Of a stretch of DNA of 64,000 nucleotides, positions 31,974-40,686 are shown in pieces. This DNA is from Chloroflexota bacterium. GTDB taxonomy: Bacteria; Chloroflexota; Dehalococcoidia; Lucifugimonadales; JADFKI01. Within the stretch, counting starts at the first letter, position 1; the number at the start of each line of letters is the position of its first letter. The position numbers and the translations under genes were made by a program. The stretch covers positions 1-64,000 of the forward strand of contig JAQBUT010000021.1 of the NCBI GenBank assembly GCA_027623195.1, in the 5' to 3' direction. The notes below the pieces were generated by a model. That model made no database searches. It was not told the origin of the DNA and worked only from the letters and a program-made list of their open reading frames with translations.

Positions 31974-32045
31974 TGTTTTGAGTACTCCTTGGAATGCCTT
32001 TGGTTGAAACAGAATGCCATTGCAGGCCAAGCCGGCCTTATTCCG

Positions 32046-32357
32046 TTAGTCCAGCTTCCTAAATAAAGAGTGCGACCTGTTAAGGGTATGAGGCCGAATC
32101 TTTGGCGCCCAATCGCCCTTGTCGGACTGCTCAACCCACGCCGGGCTCTGTGGGATGTCCAAAGAGTCCACCTCGTACAGCGCCAGGTATGCCGCGACGC
32201 CTTCCTCCCCGGATGACTCCAGCTTGAATCGGGTGCAAGAATTCACGCCAGGCACCGTCAGGATATTGGGAATGTGCTGTGTATCGTATATTCGGTTGAA
32301 ATCATCCTCTAGCTCGTCAGGGACATCCATCTGCACCATGTAAAGGTAACCAGCCAT
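32046..32357 (-). CDS. Small dimeric alpha/beta-barrel (EthD-like) protein
   Basis: EDDFNRIYDTQHIPNILTVPGV...YLALYEV; GGGAGG RBS upstream. Confidence 0.75.
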   Translation of the reverse strand: MAGYLYMVQMDVPDELEDDFNRIYDTQHIPNILTVPGVNSCTRFKLESSGEEGVAAYLALYEVDSLDIPQSPAWVEQSDKGDWAPKIRPHTLNRSHSLFRKLD

Positions 32358-32562
32358 TCGATCTTCCTCCCTAAGCGGATTCGTAGAAATACAGTACCAA
32401 ATGGGGTTGGCCGATGAGCCGTTAATACCGGCAACCCGGAGCGAGTGTAGCAACGCATATATGCATCGTCAAGGACAAGTTGCGTTCCGTGCGGAGGCGG
32501 GTATAATGCCTTCCGTCAAGCACTATATATTTGAAAACTTTTGCTGGAACGGGAGGAAATTC

Positions 32563-33492
32563 ATGTCAACATCCGATAGGCGAGTGCCAACGCTGGAAGA
32601 GGTTAAAGCCTTCATGACCGAGCGTCGAAACTGGGGACGCTGGGGAGACAAGGGCTCGGCTGGCGCTATCAATCTCATCGACGACGAGAAGCGATTGAAG
32701 GCCGCTCAGCTGGTTACAAAAGGACGAGCCGTGTCCCTAAGCAGGCCCTTCCCGGTGGAGCCCAGTGCTGAAAATCCCAGGCCGGCTCACCAGTTCCTTA
32801 CCGTATGGGATAGGCCTAACAACTCGGGTGCGGCGGTGGACTATTACGGCATTATGTACCACGGCACCTCCACGACGCACATTGACGCGCTATGCCACGT
32901 TTGGGACGAGAACGGAATGTGGGACGGCCGAAAGCCGGAGGACACACTCACATTCTCCGGCGCCAACTACGGCACCGTGGACCAGTGGAGTAACGGCATC
33001 CTGACCAGGGGCGTGCTGCTGGATGTTCCCAAGCACCGAGGTGAGCCTTACGTAACGGTGGACAAGCCTGTGCACGGCTGGGAGCTGGAGGACATCGCCA
33101 AGGAGCAGGGCGTCACCATCGAACCCGGCGACGCTCTTGTTGTCTACAGCGGGCGCGACGCATATGCCAGGGACCACGGCGGCGTGTGGGCGCCTGCTGG
33201 CCAGGACACCAGGGCGGGCCTCCATACGTCGTGCATGCCGTTCATTCGCGACAACGACGTTTCGTTGCTGGTGTGGGACATGATGGACGCATCGCCCAAC
33301 GAGTACGGTCTGGGTTGGGGTGTGCACCTGGTGATCGCCTCTTATGGCGTGGCGCTGGTGGACAACTCATTGCTGGAACCTCTCGCCAAAGTCTGCGCCG
33401 AGGAGGGCCGGTACGAGTTCATGTTCAGCATCAATCCGCTGGTCGTCCCAGGCGGCACCGGTTCGCCGGCAAATCCCATAGCGGTTTTCTAG
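32563..33492 (+). CDS. Cyclase-family (kynurenine formamidase-like) protein
   Basis: NWGRWG, HGTSTTHIDALCH, RGVLLD, GGTGSPANPIAVF; GGAGG RBS. Confidence 0.92.
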   Translation: MSTSDRRVPTLEEVKAFMTERRNWGRWGDKGSAGAINLIDDEKRLKAAQLVTKGRAVSLSRPFPVEPSAENPRPAHQFLTVWDRPNNSGAAVDYYGIMYHGTSTTHIDALCHVWDENGMWDGRKPEDTLTFSGANYGTVDQWSNGILTRGVLLDVPKHRGEPYVTVDKPVHGWELEDIAKEQGVTIEPGDALVVYSGRDAYARDHGGVWAPAGQDTRAGLHTSCMPFIRDNDVSLLVWDMMDASPNEYGLGWGVHLVIASYGVALVDNSLLEPLAKVCAEEGRYEFMFSINPLVVPGGTGSPANPIAVF

Positions 33493-33565
33493 GGAGAGTC
33501 TTTGGTTCTTGGTTGACGATTTTTAGTATAGGGGCGGCTCAGATGGGTCGCCCTTCAGTGCATTC

Positions 33566-33988
33566 TTGTCAGGAGGCCACGTAGTGAATCAGAGCTGGGA
33601 CGCTAAGACATCGCGCATCATATATCGCCGCTTTCAGCCGGGAGAGTCCCTGATTGAAGACTTGGAGACCTTCGCAAATTCAGAGGGCATTCGTGAGGCC
33701 ACCATAACGTCATGCATAGGCAGCTTCAGCCAGTTGAAGCTGCGAAACCTATGTCGACGAGTCGAAGGCAACCCTGAATTTCAGCGGCAGACCTTAGACG
33801 AGAATCTTGAACTGGTCAGCGCAGAAGGCTACATACAGCCGTCACCGGAAGGGGGCTTGCGTGTGCATATCCACGTAGCGGCTGCCCGCCCCTCGGGCGA
33901 GATGGTTGGAGGGCATTGTGAGGATGCAACCATATTCACGGGCGCCTTTATGTATCTACACGTCATCGAAGAGGAATCAAGAAGCTGA
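33566..33988 (+). CDS. PPC/DUF296 domain protein
   Basis: CIGSFS, ELVSAEG, HIHV, VGGH motifs. Start uncertain. Confidence 0.85.
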   Translation: MSGGHVVNQSWDAKTSRIIYRRFQPGESLIEDLETFANSEGIREATITSCIGSFSQLKLRNLCRRVEGNPEFQRQTLDENLELVSAEGYIQPSPEGGLRVHIHVAAARPSGEMVGGHCEDATIFTGAFMYLHVIEEESRS

Positions 33989-34776
33989 TGCCGTCACTCA
34001 GACTAGAAGGTAAAATAGCCGTCGTAAGCGGCGCGGGGACCTACGGAGGAAGCGGCGTAGGCAATGGTGCAGCGACCGCTATCGTTTTTGCACGCGAGGG
34101 CGCCAAGGTCCTCTTGGTGGATGCGGAAGAGCGGTGGGCCGAGGCCACAAAGGTGATAATCCAAGATGAAGGTGGGGAGGCTGAGACCGCATCCGCTGAC
34201 GTAACCAATCCAGATGACTGCCGTCGGGCCATCGACCTAGCCGTGGAGCGCTTCGGAGGTCTGCATATTCTTCATAACAACGTGGGTGGCGGAGCCAGAG
34301 GCAGTGTAGTGGAAGCCACCGAAGAAACCTGGCAGCAAAGCATCTCCGTCAACCTGATGAGCATGGTCAACATGTGCCGCTATGCAATTCCCCAGATGAT
34401 CGCCGCAGGTGGTGGGTCCATCACCAACGTGTCTTCGGTGACCGCTCTCAGGCCTAAGGCAGATTACTCAGCCGCCCCTTATACGGTTAACAAGTCTGCG
34501 GTCGTGGGGTTGACCAGCGCAATGGCGCTTGACCATGCCAAGGACAACGTCCGGGTCAATTGTATAATGCCCGGCCTTATGTGGACACCCAGGCTTGCCA
34601 CTGGACCTGTCGACGCGAGAGAGACGCGCCGAACGTCTACACCTTTGCCGGTCGAAGGTGAGGGTTGGGACATTGGGTATGCTGCCCTTTATCTCGCAAG
34701 CGACGAGGCAAGGTTTGTCACTGGAATCGTCCTGCCCGTGGACGGAGGGTTTCTGCTGACCAGCGCCCCAAACTGA
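33988..34776 (+). CDS. Short-chain dehydrogenase/reductase
   Basis: Gly-rich N-terminus, NNVG, YTVNK, VRVNCIMPG, LPVDGG. Confidence 0.93.
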   Translation: MPSLRLEGKIAVVSGAGTYGGSGVGNGAATAIVFAREGAKVLLVDAEERWAEATKVIIQDEGGEAETASADVTNPDDCRRAIDLAVERFGGLHILHNNVGGGARGSVVEATEETWQQSISVNLMSMVNMCRYAIPQMIAAGGGSITNVSSVTALRPKADYSAAPYTVNKSAVVGLTSAMALDHAKDNVRVNCIMPGLMWTPRLATGPVDARETRRTSTPLPVEGEGWDIGYAALYLASDEARFVTGIVLPVDGGFLLTSAPN

Positions 34777-34893
34777 ATTCTTGATTAGTCCTGCAGACCA
34801 CTATGTCCGTCAGGGTTACATGGAGAAACAGCAACAGGCACCCTGTGGAGCACGCATGCACGGTCCCAATCTATTGCCGAAGCCATATTACAT

Positions 34894-35856
34894 ATGAAAC
34901 GAGCCTCATTCTCCATACAGCCGGTTCCTCCGTTTGATTTCGATCTGACAGCAGGTTACCTCACCTACTTTCGTGGCCGTTACGCCACTGAAGTGTTCGA
35001 GGACGGCGTCTACAGGCGGCTGCAACGGATGGATGGTGGCCTCGCCCTGCTCTCCGTCTGGTCCGCTGGAACCATCGACGCGCCGATGCTGGAGGCCGAG
35101 GTGCGGTCGGACGGTCTTGACGAGGAGATGATCGTCGAGGCCCGAGACAGTGTGGCCTGGCTGCTCGGCGCGCACGACGACCTGACCCCCTTCTATGGAA
35201 TGGTTGAGGATGACCCGTACCTGCCGCCGGTTGTGAAGGGCATGCATGGTCTTCATATCGCCCACACGGCCACCGCATATGAGGCGTTGGTGTTGGCAAT
35301 CCTGGGCCAGCAGATTAGCACACACGTTGCCCGATTGCTGCGCAACTTGATCACCGAGACCTACGGCGAATCGTTAGAGGTTGACGGCGAACTCTACCGG
35401 GCATTCCCTTCGCCGCAAAGCCTGGCAGACGCCGGGGTGGACGGCCTCCGTAAGATAAAATTCAGCCAACGCAAGGCCGAGTACATTGCAGACATCTCCA
35501 AGCAGATCGTTTCGGGCGAACTGGACCTGGAGTCGATGCGCCATCAACCTGCCGAGGATGTGGTGAAAGCGCTAACGAAGATTCGTGGCATTGGCCCCTG
35601 GACGGCCCACTGGCTGCTGATTCGCTCCCTGGGCTACGCCGACGGCTTCCCCCACGGCGACCTGGCTATGGAGCGCATGATGGGTATGCTGGTTAACGGG
35701 GCGTCCCCTGGGTTGCCTATGTCATCCAAGGAAGCCTCGGCCTTCTCGGAACGCTGGTCGCCGTACCGCAGTTACGTTACGACGTACATATTCGGCGCTG
35801 GTCGCTCCGGTAGGTTCGAAGAGCTGATAAAGGACCACAACCTGCCTTCAGCGTGA
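34894..35856 (+). CDS. alkA: DNA-3-methyladenine glycosylase II (AlkA family)
   Basis: AlkA N-terminal domain, AILGQQIS, HhH motif IRGIGPWTA, FPHGDL, WSPYRSY. Confidence 0.9.
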   Translation: MKRASFSIQPVPPFDFDLTAGYLTYFRGRYATEVFEDGVYRRLQRMDGGLALLSVWSAGTIDAPMLEAEVRSDGLDEEMIVEARDSVAWLLGAHDDLTPFYGMVEDDPYLPPVVKGMHGLHIAHTATAYEALVLAILGQQISTHVARLLRNLITETYGESLEVDGELYRAFPSPQSLADAGVDGLRKIKFSQRKAEYIADISKQIVSGELDLESMRHQPAEDVVKALTKIRGIGPWTAHWLLIRSLGYADGFPHGDLAMERMMGMLVNGASPGLPMSSKEASAFSERWSPYRSYVTTYIFGAGRSGRFEELIKDHNLPSA

Positions 35857-35903
35857 GGCGTGGCGGTTCGTTCAATCCTCGACGGACGAGCTCTTTTAGG
35901 TTG

Positions 35904-35955
35904 TTGACATGCCGATACGCGCTGCCATATTATGGAACGCATGTTCTATTATAGT
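35904..35955 (+). promoter_or_regulatory. Sigma70 promoter region with consensus LexA (SOS) box GAACGCATGTTC at 35935-35946
   Basis: TTGACA at 35904 and TATTAT at 35928; perfect GAAC-N4-GTTC; a second -10 TATAGT at 35950 just before the GTG. Confidence 0.8.
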
Positions 35956-35960
35956 GATGT

Positions 35961-36377
35961 GTGTTGCACGGCAAAACCAGGGCGGTAGAGGTATGGCGTT
36001 CCCACCACCTCAGCATACCCGTTGATCTCCGACGCCTGGTCTCTGAGATGGATCTGGAGGTCGTTCTGTTTCCGTTCAAGGGTCGGGTAAACGAGATGAT
36101 CGTGGATGGCATCATCGGATTGAGCCCAGGCCTTACGAGACCGTGGTTCCGCTGGTTGGTGGCTCACGCCGTAGGGCATCATGTCATGCACGTGGGTTCA
36201 ACCTTCGGACTGGAGCCGTGGCAGTGGGTTAGCCGGGCCAGAGACGAATTGCAGGCGGAAGAGTTTGCCGCGAGTCTGATGGGTGGTCCTGATGGCTGGT
36301 CCTACTCAGCGAGGTGGCTGGGTATACCCGATGAAAAGTACCATTTGGTGCATAGATTGACGGGTCCGGATAGATAG
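35961..36377 (+). CDS. ImmA/IrrE-like (Peptidase M78) protein with degenerate HExxH
   Basis: RWLVAHAVGHHVMH and ELQAEEFAASLM match the family pattern R(F/W)xxAHELGH...ExxAxxFAxxLL. Confidence 0.8.
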   Translation: MLHGKTRAVEVWRSHHLSIPVDLRRLVSEMDLEVVLFPFKGRVNEMIVDGIIGLSPGLTRPWFRWLVAHAVGHHVMHVGSTFGLEPWQWVSRARDELQAEEFAASLMGGPDGWSYSARWLGIPDEKYHLVHRLTGPDR

Positions 36378-36420
36378 AAACAGAGAACGGCAAACGAGTG
36401 ATGGGGTTAAGGAGGGCAGG

Positions 36421-36795
36421 CTAGCCGGAAGCATCGCGCCTGCTGCGAATGTACCTCATGAAATCCTTTGCCGAATTCCATTCGTCATCCGTTAGGTCCT
36501 CGACCTCATTTAGTCTGGCCAGTTGACGGTCGTCCAGCGGGTTTTCGAACTCGTGGGCCGATATATAATCCGCTGCCATGGCAAGCTGGCCATACGGCAA
36601 ATCCAGGGACAGCGATAAGGCCTTGAGCGTTTCCACGGTAGGTCGAAAGCGACCGCTCTCCAGGTGCCCCACGTAGCCCTGGCTCTTGGTCAACAACTCG
36701 GACAGACGGCGCTGGCTCATCCCCTTACCTAAACGGGCCAGGCGTACTGCGTCCGCTAGTGTGGCGTATGGACGATTGCTGCTGCTCATGGTCAA
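36421..36795 (-). CDS. XRE-family HTH repressor (ImmR/CI-like)
   Basis: VRLARLGKGMSQRRLSELLTKSQGYVGHLESGRFRPTVETL. ATG at 36789 is an alternative start. Confidence 0.9.
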   Translation of the reverse strand: MTMSSSNRPYATLADAVRLARLGKGMSQRRLSELLTKSQGYVGHLESGRFRPTVETLKALSLSLDLPYGQLAMAADYISAHEFENPLDDRQLARLNEVEDLTDDEWNSAKDFMRYIRSRRDASG

Positions 36796-36819
36796 TCCTT
36801 GGATATTGTGTGCTCGATT

Positions 36820-36885
36820 ACTTTAATGGGACAGGACTTCAGCGTCAAATCTGTATTGACACAAATGTTCTACTCTCGGTATAAT
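36820..36885. promoter_or_regulatory. Back-to-back divergent sigma70 promoters with a degenerate LexA box
   Basis: Leftward TTGACG (36848-36843)-17-TAAAGT (36825-36820). Rightward TTGACA (36856)-18-TATAAT (36880). ACAC-AAAT-GTTC at 36859-36870 overlaps the rightward -35. Confidence 0.7.
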
Positions 36886-36919
36886 AGTGTTCGTCATTTT
36901 GCTTGTCGGTGATGATGGA

Positions 36920-37252
36920 TTGATACTTTTTAAAGCCTGTCCTCGGTGCGGCGGGGACGTAGACGCTACTTATAAGGAAGATATTTTTTGCATTCAATGT
37001 GCCTTTAGGCCGCAGGTGGCGTATCCGAGGCCTATGTTGGTGAGAGGAAGTGAGCAAGGAGGAGAGAGCGTGACGTTGGTCAACCGAAATTCGACCCCGG
37101 TAGGTTGTCCGCGATGTGCGCTGGAGGACGTAATCCCGCTGGAGAAGCTGCGGCCTCACTACAACACATGCTACAGGTGCAGGCTTTGCGGACACATCTT
37201 CAGTCCGGGATTTACGGACCCTCTATCAAAGTCTGAGGCCGCCAGTTTATAG
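36920..37252 (+). CDS. Double zinc-ribbon protein
   Basis: CPRC...CIQC and CPRC...CRLC. TTG 36920 (MILFKACPRCGGD) is the probable start, downstream of the promoter. Confidence 0.75.
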   Translation: MILFKACPRCGGDVDATYKEDIFCIQCAFRPQVAYPRPMLVRGSEQGGESVTLVNRNSTPVGCPRCALEDVIPLEKLRPHYNTCYRCRLCGHIFSPGFTDPLSKSEAASL

Positions 37253-37308
37253 GCGCTACTCTTCCTTGTGCGGCAACACATGCAGGCGTACAATCAGTAG
37301 CACATTTC

Positions 37309-38811
37309 ATGAAATTGCCTCGCCTGGACTTAACACAGAACCGTCACTACAAGTGGTGGGCGTTTATCGCCATCGCAGTAGGGACGTTCACCTCAGTTGC
37401 TGATTTTGGCAGCCTCATCGTGGCATTGCCCACCATATCCGCCCATTTTGGCACAGACCTACCTACGACCCAATGGGTCATGATTGGCTACTCCCTGACC
37501 ATCAGCGCCTTGCTTCTTCCCATGGGACGCTTGTCTGACATCATAGGCCGCAGACGTGTCTACATCATGGGGTTTTGCATATTCATTGTGGGTGGCATTC
37601 TGGCCAGCACCGCTCAGAATATCCAAATCCTTATCTTCTTCAAAATCTTGCAGGGTATTGGCGGCAGCATGACCCAGGGCACCGGTATGGCCATGGCGGT
37701 CACGGCTTTCCCTGCCAACGAGCGAGGCCAGGCGCTGGGGTCATCGATTACCGTAGTAGGGGCCGGCAATATTCTCGGGCCGGTTCTCGGTGGTCTTATA
37801 GCCGGGACGTTGGGTTGGCGTTGGATCTTTTACACCTCTGTGATTCTCAGCGTCATCTCCATAGCTGCCGTGGTGTTGGTTCTGGACGGAAAAAGGTTTT
37901 CCAGGAAAGGCACGGGCTCTGCTGCTTTCGACTGGCCAGGCGCCGCGCTTTCCACAGGGGCGTTGCTGTCCTTCCTGCTGGTCATGACCAACGGCCCACG
38001 TTTTGGATGGACCTTCCCGCCCGTGCTGATAGGCATGGTCACACTCCTGGCGTTCGTTGCGCTGTTCATTTGGCGGGAGCAGCGAGTACCTGCGCCCCTC
38101 ATGGATCTGGAATTATTCAAGTCCAGGTTCGTTTCCATGGCCGTCGGCGCGCAGTTCCTGTCATTTGCCGCCAACTCCTCTGTTAGATTTCTCATACCCT
38201 TCTACCTGCAGGCTGTTCGGGGATACTCACCGCAGCAGGTCGGGCTTATAGTTGTGCCAAGTGCCATAGCCATGATCGTGGCCGGGCCCATCAGCGGTCG
38301 CTTGTCCGATAAGTATGGGCTGCGGCGTTTTACCGTGGGTGGGCTGATAATGTCTACGACGGGCCTGCTACTTCTGTCAAACGTCACCGAGAATTCGCCC
38401 CTGGCGCTTGTGGTAGTGGCCCTGGTGATGCAAATGGGTGGTAACGGGACCTTTTACCCGCCCAACAACGCCTCTATTCTGGGATCGGTGCAGGAAGGCA
38501 AATATGGGGTGATGTCCGGCTTCGTGAACCTCGTTCGTAACGCGGGCAACATTACCGGCATTGCCGTGGGAACGGCTATCGTGACTGCCGTGATGGCATC
38601 CCACGGATTTCCGCCAAGCCTTGCCGCCGTGTCGGAGGTTGGAGGAGGAGAGGTTATCGGCTCCTTCGTGTCAGGACTGCGGGTGGCTTATAAGATCATG
38701 GCTCTGATTTTGATAGTGAGCATGGTTCTGTCCTTTATCCGTGGCAGTGGGCCCAAGCCCCAGGCCGAAGAGCCTTCGTTGGATGAGGCCCGCCCCGCGT
38801 CAGCCGCCTAG
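37309..38811 (+). CDS. MFS drug efflux transporter (14-TM DHA2-like)
   Basis: GRLSDIIGRRR motif A, GPVLGG motif C, many TM helices. Confidence 0.93.
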   Translation: MKLPRLDLTQNRHYKWWAFIAIAVGTFTSVADFGSLIVALPTISAHFGTDLPTTQWVMIGYSLTISALLLPMGRLSDIIGRRRVYIMGFCIFIVGGILASTAQNIQILIFFKILQGIGGSMTQGTGMAMAVTAFPANERGQALGSSITVVGAGNILGPVLGGLIAGTLGWRWIFYTSVILSVISIAAVVLVLDGKRFSRKGTGSAAFDWPGAALSTGALLSFLLVMTNGPRFGWTFPPVLIGMVTLLAFVALFIWREQRVPAPLMDLELFKSRFVSMAVGAQFLSFAANSSVRFLIPFYLQAVRGYSPQQVGLIVVPSAIAMIVAGPISGRLSDKYGLRRFTVGGLIMSTTGLLLLSNVTENSPLALVVVALVMQMGGNGTFYPPNNASILGSVQEGKYGVMSGFVNLVRNAGNITGIAVGTAIVTAVMASHGFPPSLAAVSEVGGGEVIGSFVSGLRVAYKIMALILIVSMVLSFIRGSGPKPQAEEPSLDEARPASAA

Positions 38812-39423
38812 GCCAATAGACCGTACAGGCAGCCTGGGGAAGAGTCGCCCCGTCCTGTTCATGTATTGCGCGTAATCGTCTCCGAAATACTCCAACATCA
38901 TCTGCTCCTCTCGGTCTACACGCATCAGGTACACCGGCACGAGGGTCGCCAAGCCGGCGAACCCGGCAATCCAGTTTTGCAGCAACAGCGCCTGCGCGAT
39001 GCCCCAGAGCAGGTGAGCCGCGTACATGGGATGACGCATGTACCTGTATACGCCGTCGGTGACCAGTTCGTGTTTTTCTCTTATAGCCAGCGTTGGTGTC
39101 CAGCTTCGACCCAGGTCCGCGTGTGAGCGCCACAGCAGCCAGATACCCGCGGTGTAGGCGCACGCTCCGGCAATTCCGGTCCACCTGCTGGTTTTCTTAG
39201 GGAGGCAGTAGTCGGCAGCTTTCAGGCATTTGCTGCGCATGTAGACGATGGGAATTACCTGGGAGCTAACGCCCCAAAGCAGCATTAGGGACCATTCCAG
39301 GAGAGAGGTATGCCTCTCCTCTTTGTAGTCCTTGTTGCGGTATCTCTTTGTGTAGATGCCTCTTACTACAGCTCCAACAACTAGGCCGATTACGTACAGC
39401 GCGTTCAGTTGCTTATTCGACAT
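38800..39423 (-). CDS. Isoprenylcysteine carboxyl methyltransferase family protein
   Basis: HELVTDGVYRYMRHPMY, REEQMMLEYFGDDY. Confidence 0.9.
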   Translation of the reverse strand: MSNKQLNALYVIGLVVGAVVRGIYTKRYRNKDYKEERHTSLLEWSLMLLWGVSSQVIPIVYMRSKCLKAADYCLPKKTSRWTGIAGACAYTAGIWLLWRSHADLGRSWTPTLAIREKHELVTDGVYRYMRHPMYAAHLLWGIAQALLLQNWIAGFAGLATLVPVYLMRVDREEQMMLEYFGDDYAQYMNRTGRLFPRLPVRSIGLGG

Positions 39424-39435
39424 GGGGACATCCTC

Positions 39436-40668
39436 CTATAGCCGTCTTATCTTTGGGAGCAAAAGCAGAACCGCGACCCCTATGAACGCCAGGCCCACCC
39501 CGTTGGATACCAGGGCCACGCTCACGCTGAACGTTGCCGCCAGGTACCCCACCTGCAATGTGCCCAGGGGCGCAGTGCCTACTCCAACCACCCACGCTCC
39601 CATGGCGCGGCCCCTCTGCTCGTTTCTTACGACGCTCTGCATAAGGCTTTGAGTAAAAAGGTCCGTCAGGGACATCATGCCGCCGATTATGGCGATTGCG
39701 AATAGGGCAACGGCAAAGGTGGGAGAAAGCCCGAGCATAATTACGGCCACTCCGAAGACAATCATGCACAGAAGAAGCAGCAACCCCCTGCGTGAGACCT
39801 CCCCCAGAAGTGATACCAGCAAGACCGCGAATATGGCGCCCACGGAACGCCAGGCTATGAGATCGCCCAAGCCGTCGGCGCCAACGTAAAGTACGTCGCG
39901 GGCCAGGCTCGGGAGGGCGGTTGCGGTGGCGAATCCCATGACCTCTATGCCGATGGTGACGAGTATTAGCACCAGCAAAGATCGATTGCGGCTCAACTCT
40001 CCGCCAAACTCCTTCAGACTGCTCCATATGGGTTGTCGGGCGGACAGCGCCGCCTCACCCCGAGTGCTCACCAGGGTAAGTGCGGTTGCGGAGGCCAGGT
40101 ATCCTGCTGCCAGGAGGAAATAAGCTGCGCTTGGGCTCACCTGAACGATGAGGCGCCCCACTATTACGGCACTGACGAACCCGCCGACCCGCATTCCCAA
40201 ACTAAGGAATGCCAAACCGCTCACGAGGTTATTGACGCCCACGATATCGTGGACGAAGCTCTGGCGAGACGTGTGGTAGAGCGCGGCGGAGCTTCCGGTG
40301 ATTACCGCCGAAACCAACAGGTGCCATGTCTGAATGTGTCCGCTGAGAATAAGCACGCCGACTGCGGATGTGACGACGACCATCCCGACGTTCAGGATGC
40401 GCATGAGGTCACGTCTGCTGACCCTGTCGGCAATGGCCCCCGCGGGCATGCCCAGGAAAAAGAAGGGCGCTGACCGCAGGCTTAATGCTACGCCCACCAT
40501 AAAGGGGGAGTTGGTGAGCTCCAGCACGAGCCAGCCCAGCACAACCATCTCTCCCGTGAAGCCGATGGCGTCGAACACGGCGGAGGCGAACAAAAATCGG
40601 AAGTCGCGAATGCGCATGGCGGGGGCGCGCAACGCGGTTCGCAACAGAAGGGCTGGGTTAAGGCTCAT
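39436..40668 (-). CDS. MFS transporter (EntS/macrolide-efflux-like)
   Basis: GAIADRVSRR, QRGRAMG, 12-TM pattern. Confidence 0.9.
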   Translation of the reverse strand: MSLNPALLLRTALRAPAMRIRDFRFLFASAVFDAIGFTGEMVVLGWLVLELTNSPFMVGVALSLRSAPFFFLGMPAGAIADRVSRRDLMRILNVGMVVVTSAVGVLILSGHIQTWHLLVSAVITGSSAALYHTSRQSFVHDIVGVNNLVSGLAFLSLGMRVGGFVSAVIVGRLIVQVSPSAAYFLLAAGYLASATALTLVSTRGEAALSARQPIWSSLKEFGGELSRNRSLLVLILVTIGIEVMGFATATALPSLARDVLYVGADGLGDLIAWRSVGAIFAVLLVSLLGEVSRRGLLLLLCMIVFGVAVIMLGLSPTFAVALFAIAIIGGMMSLTDLFTQSLMQSVVRNEQRGRAMGAWVVGVGTAPLGTLQVGYLAATFSVSVALVSNGVGLAFIGVAVLLLLPKIRRL

Positions 40669-40686
40669 TAGTTCGAGGAGGCATGG

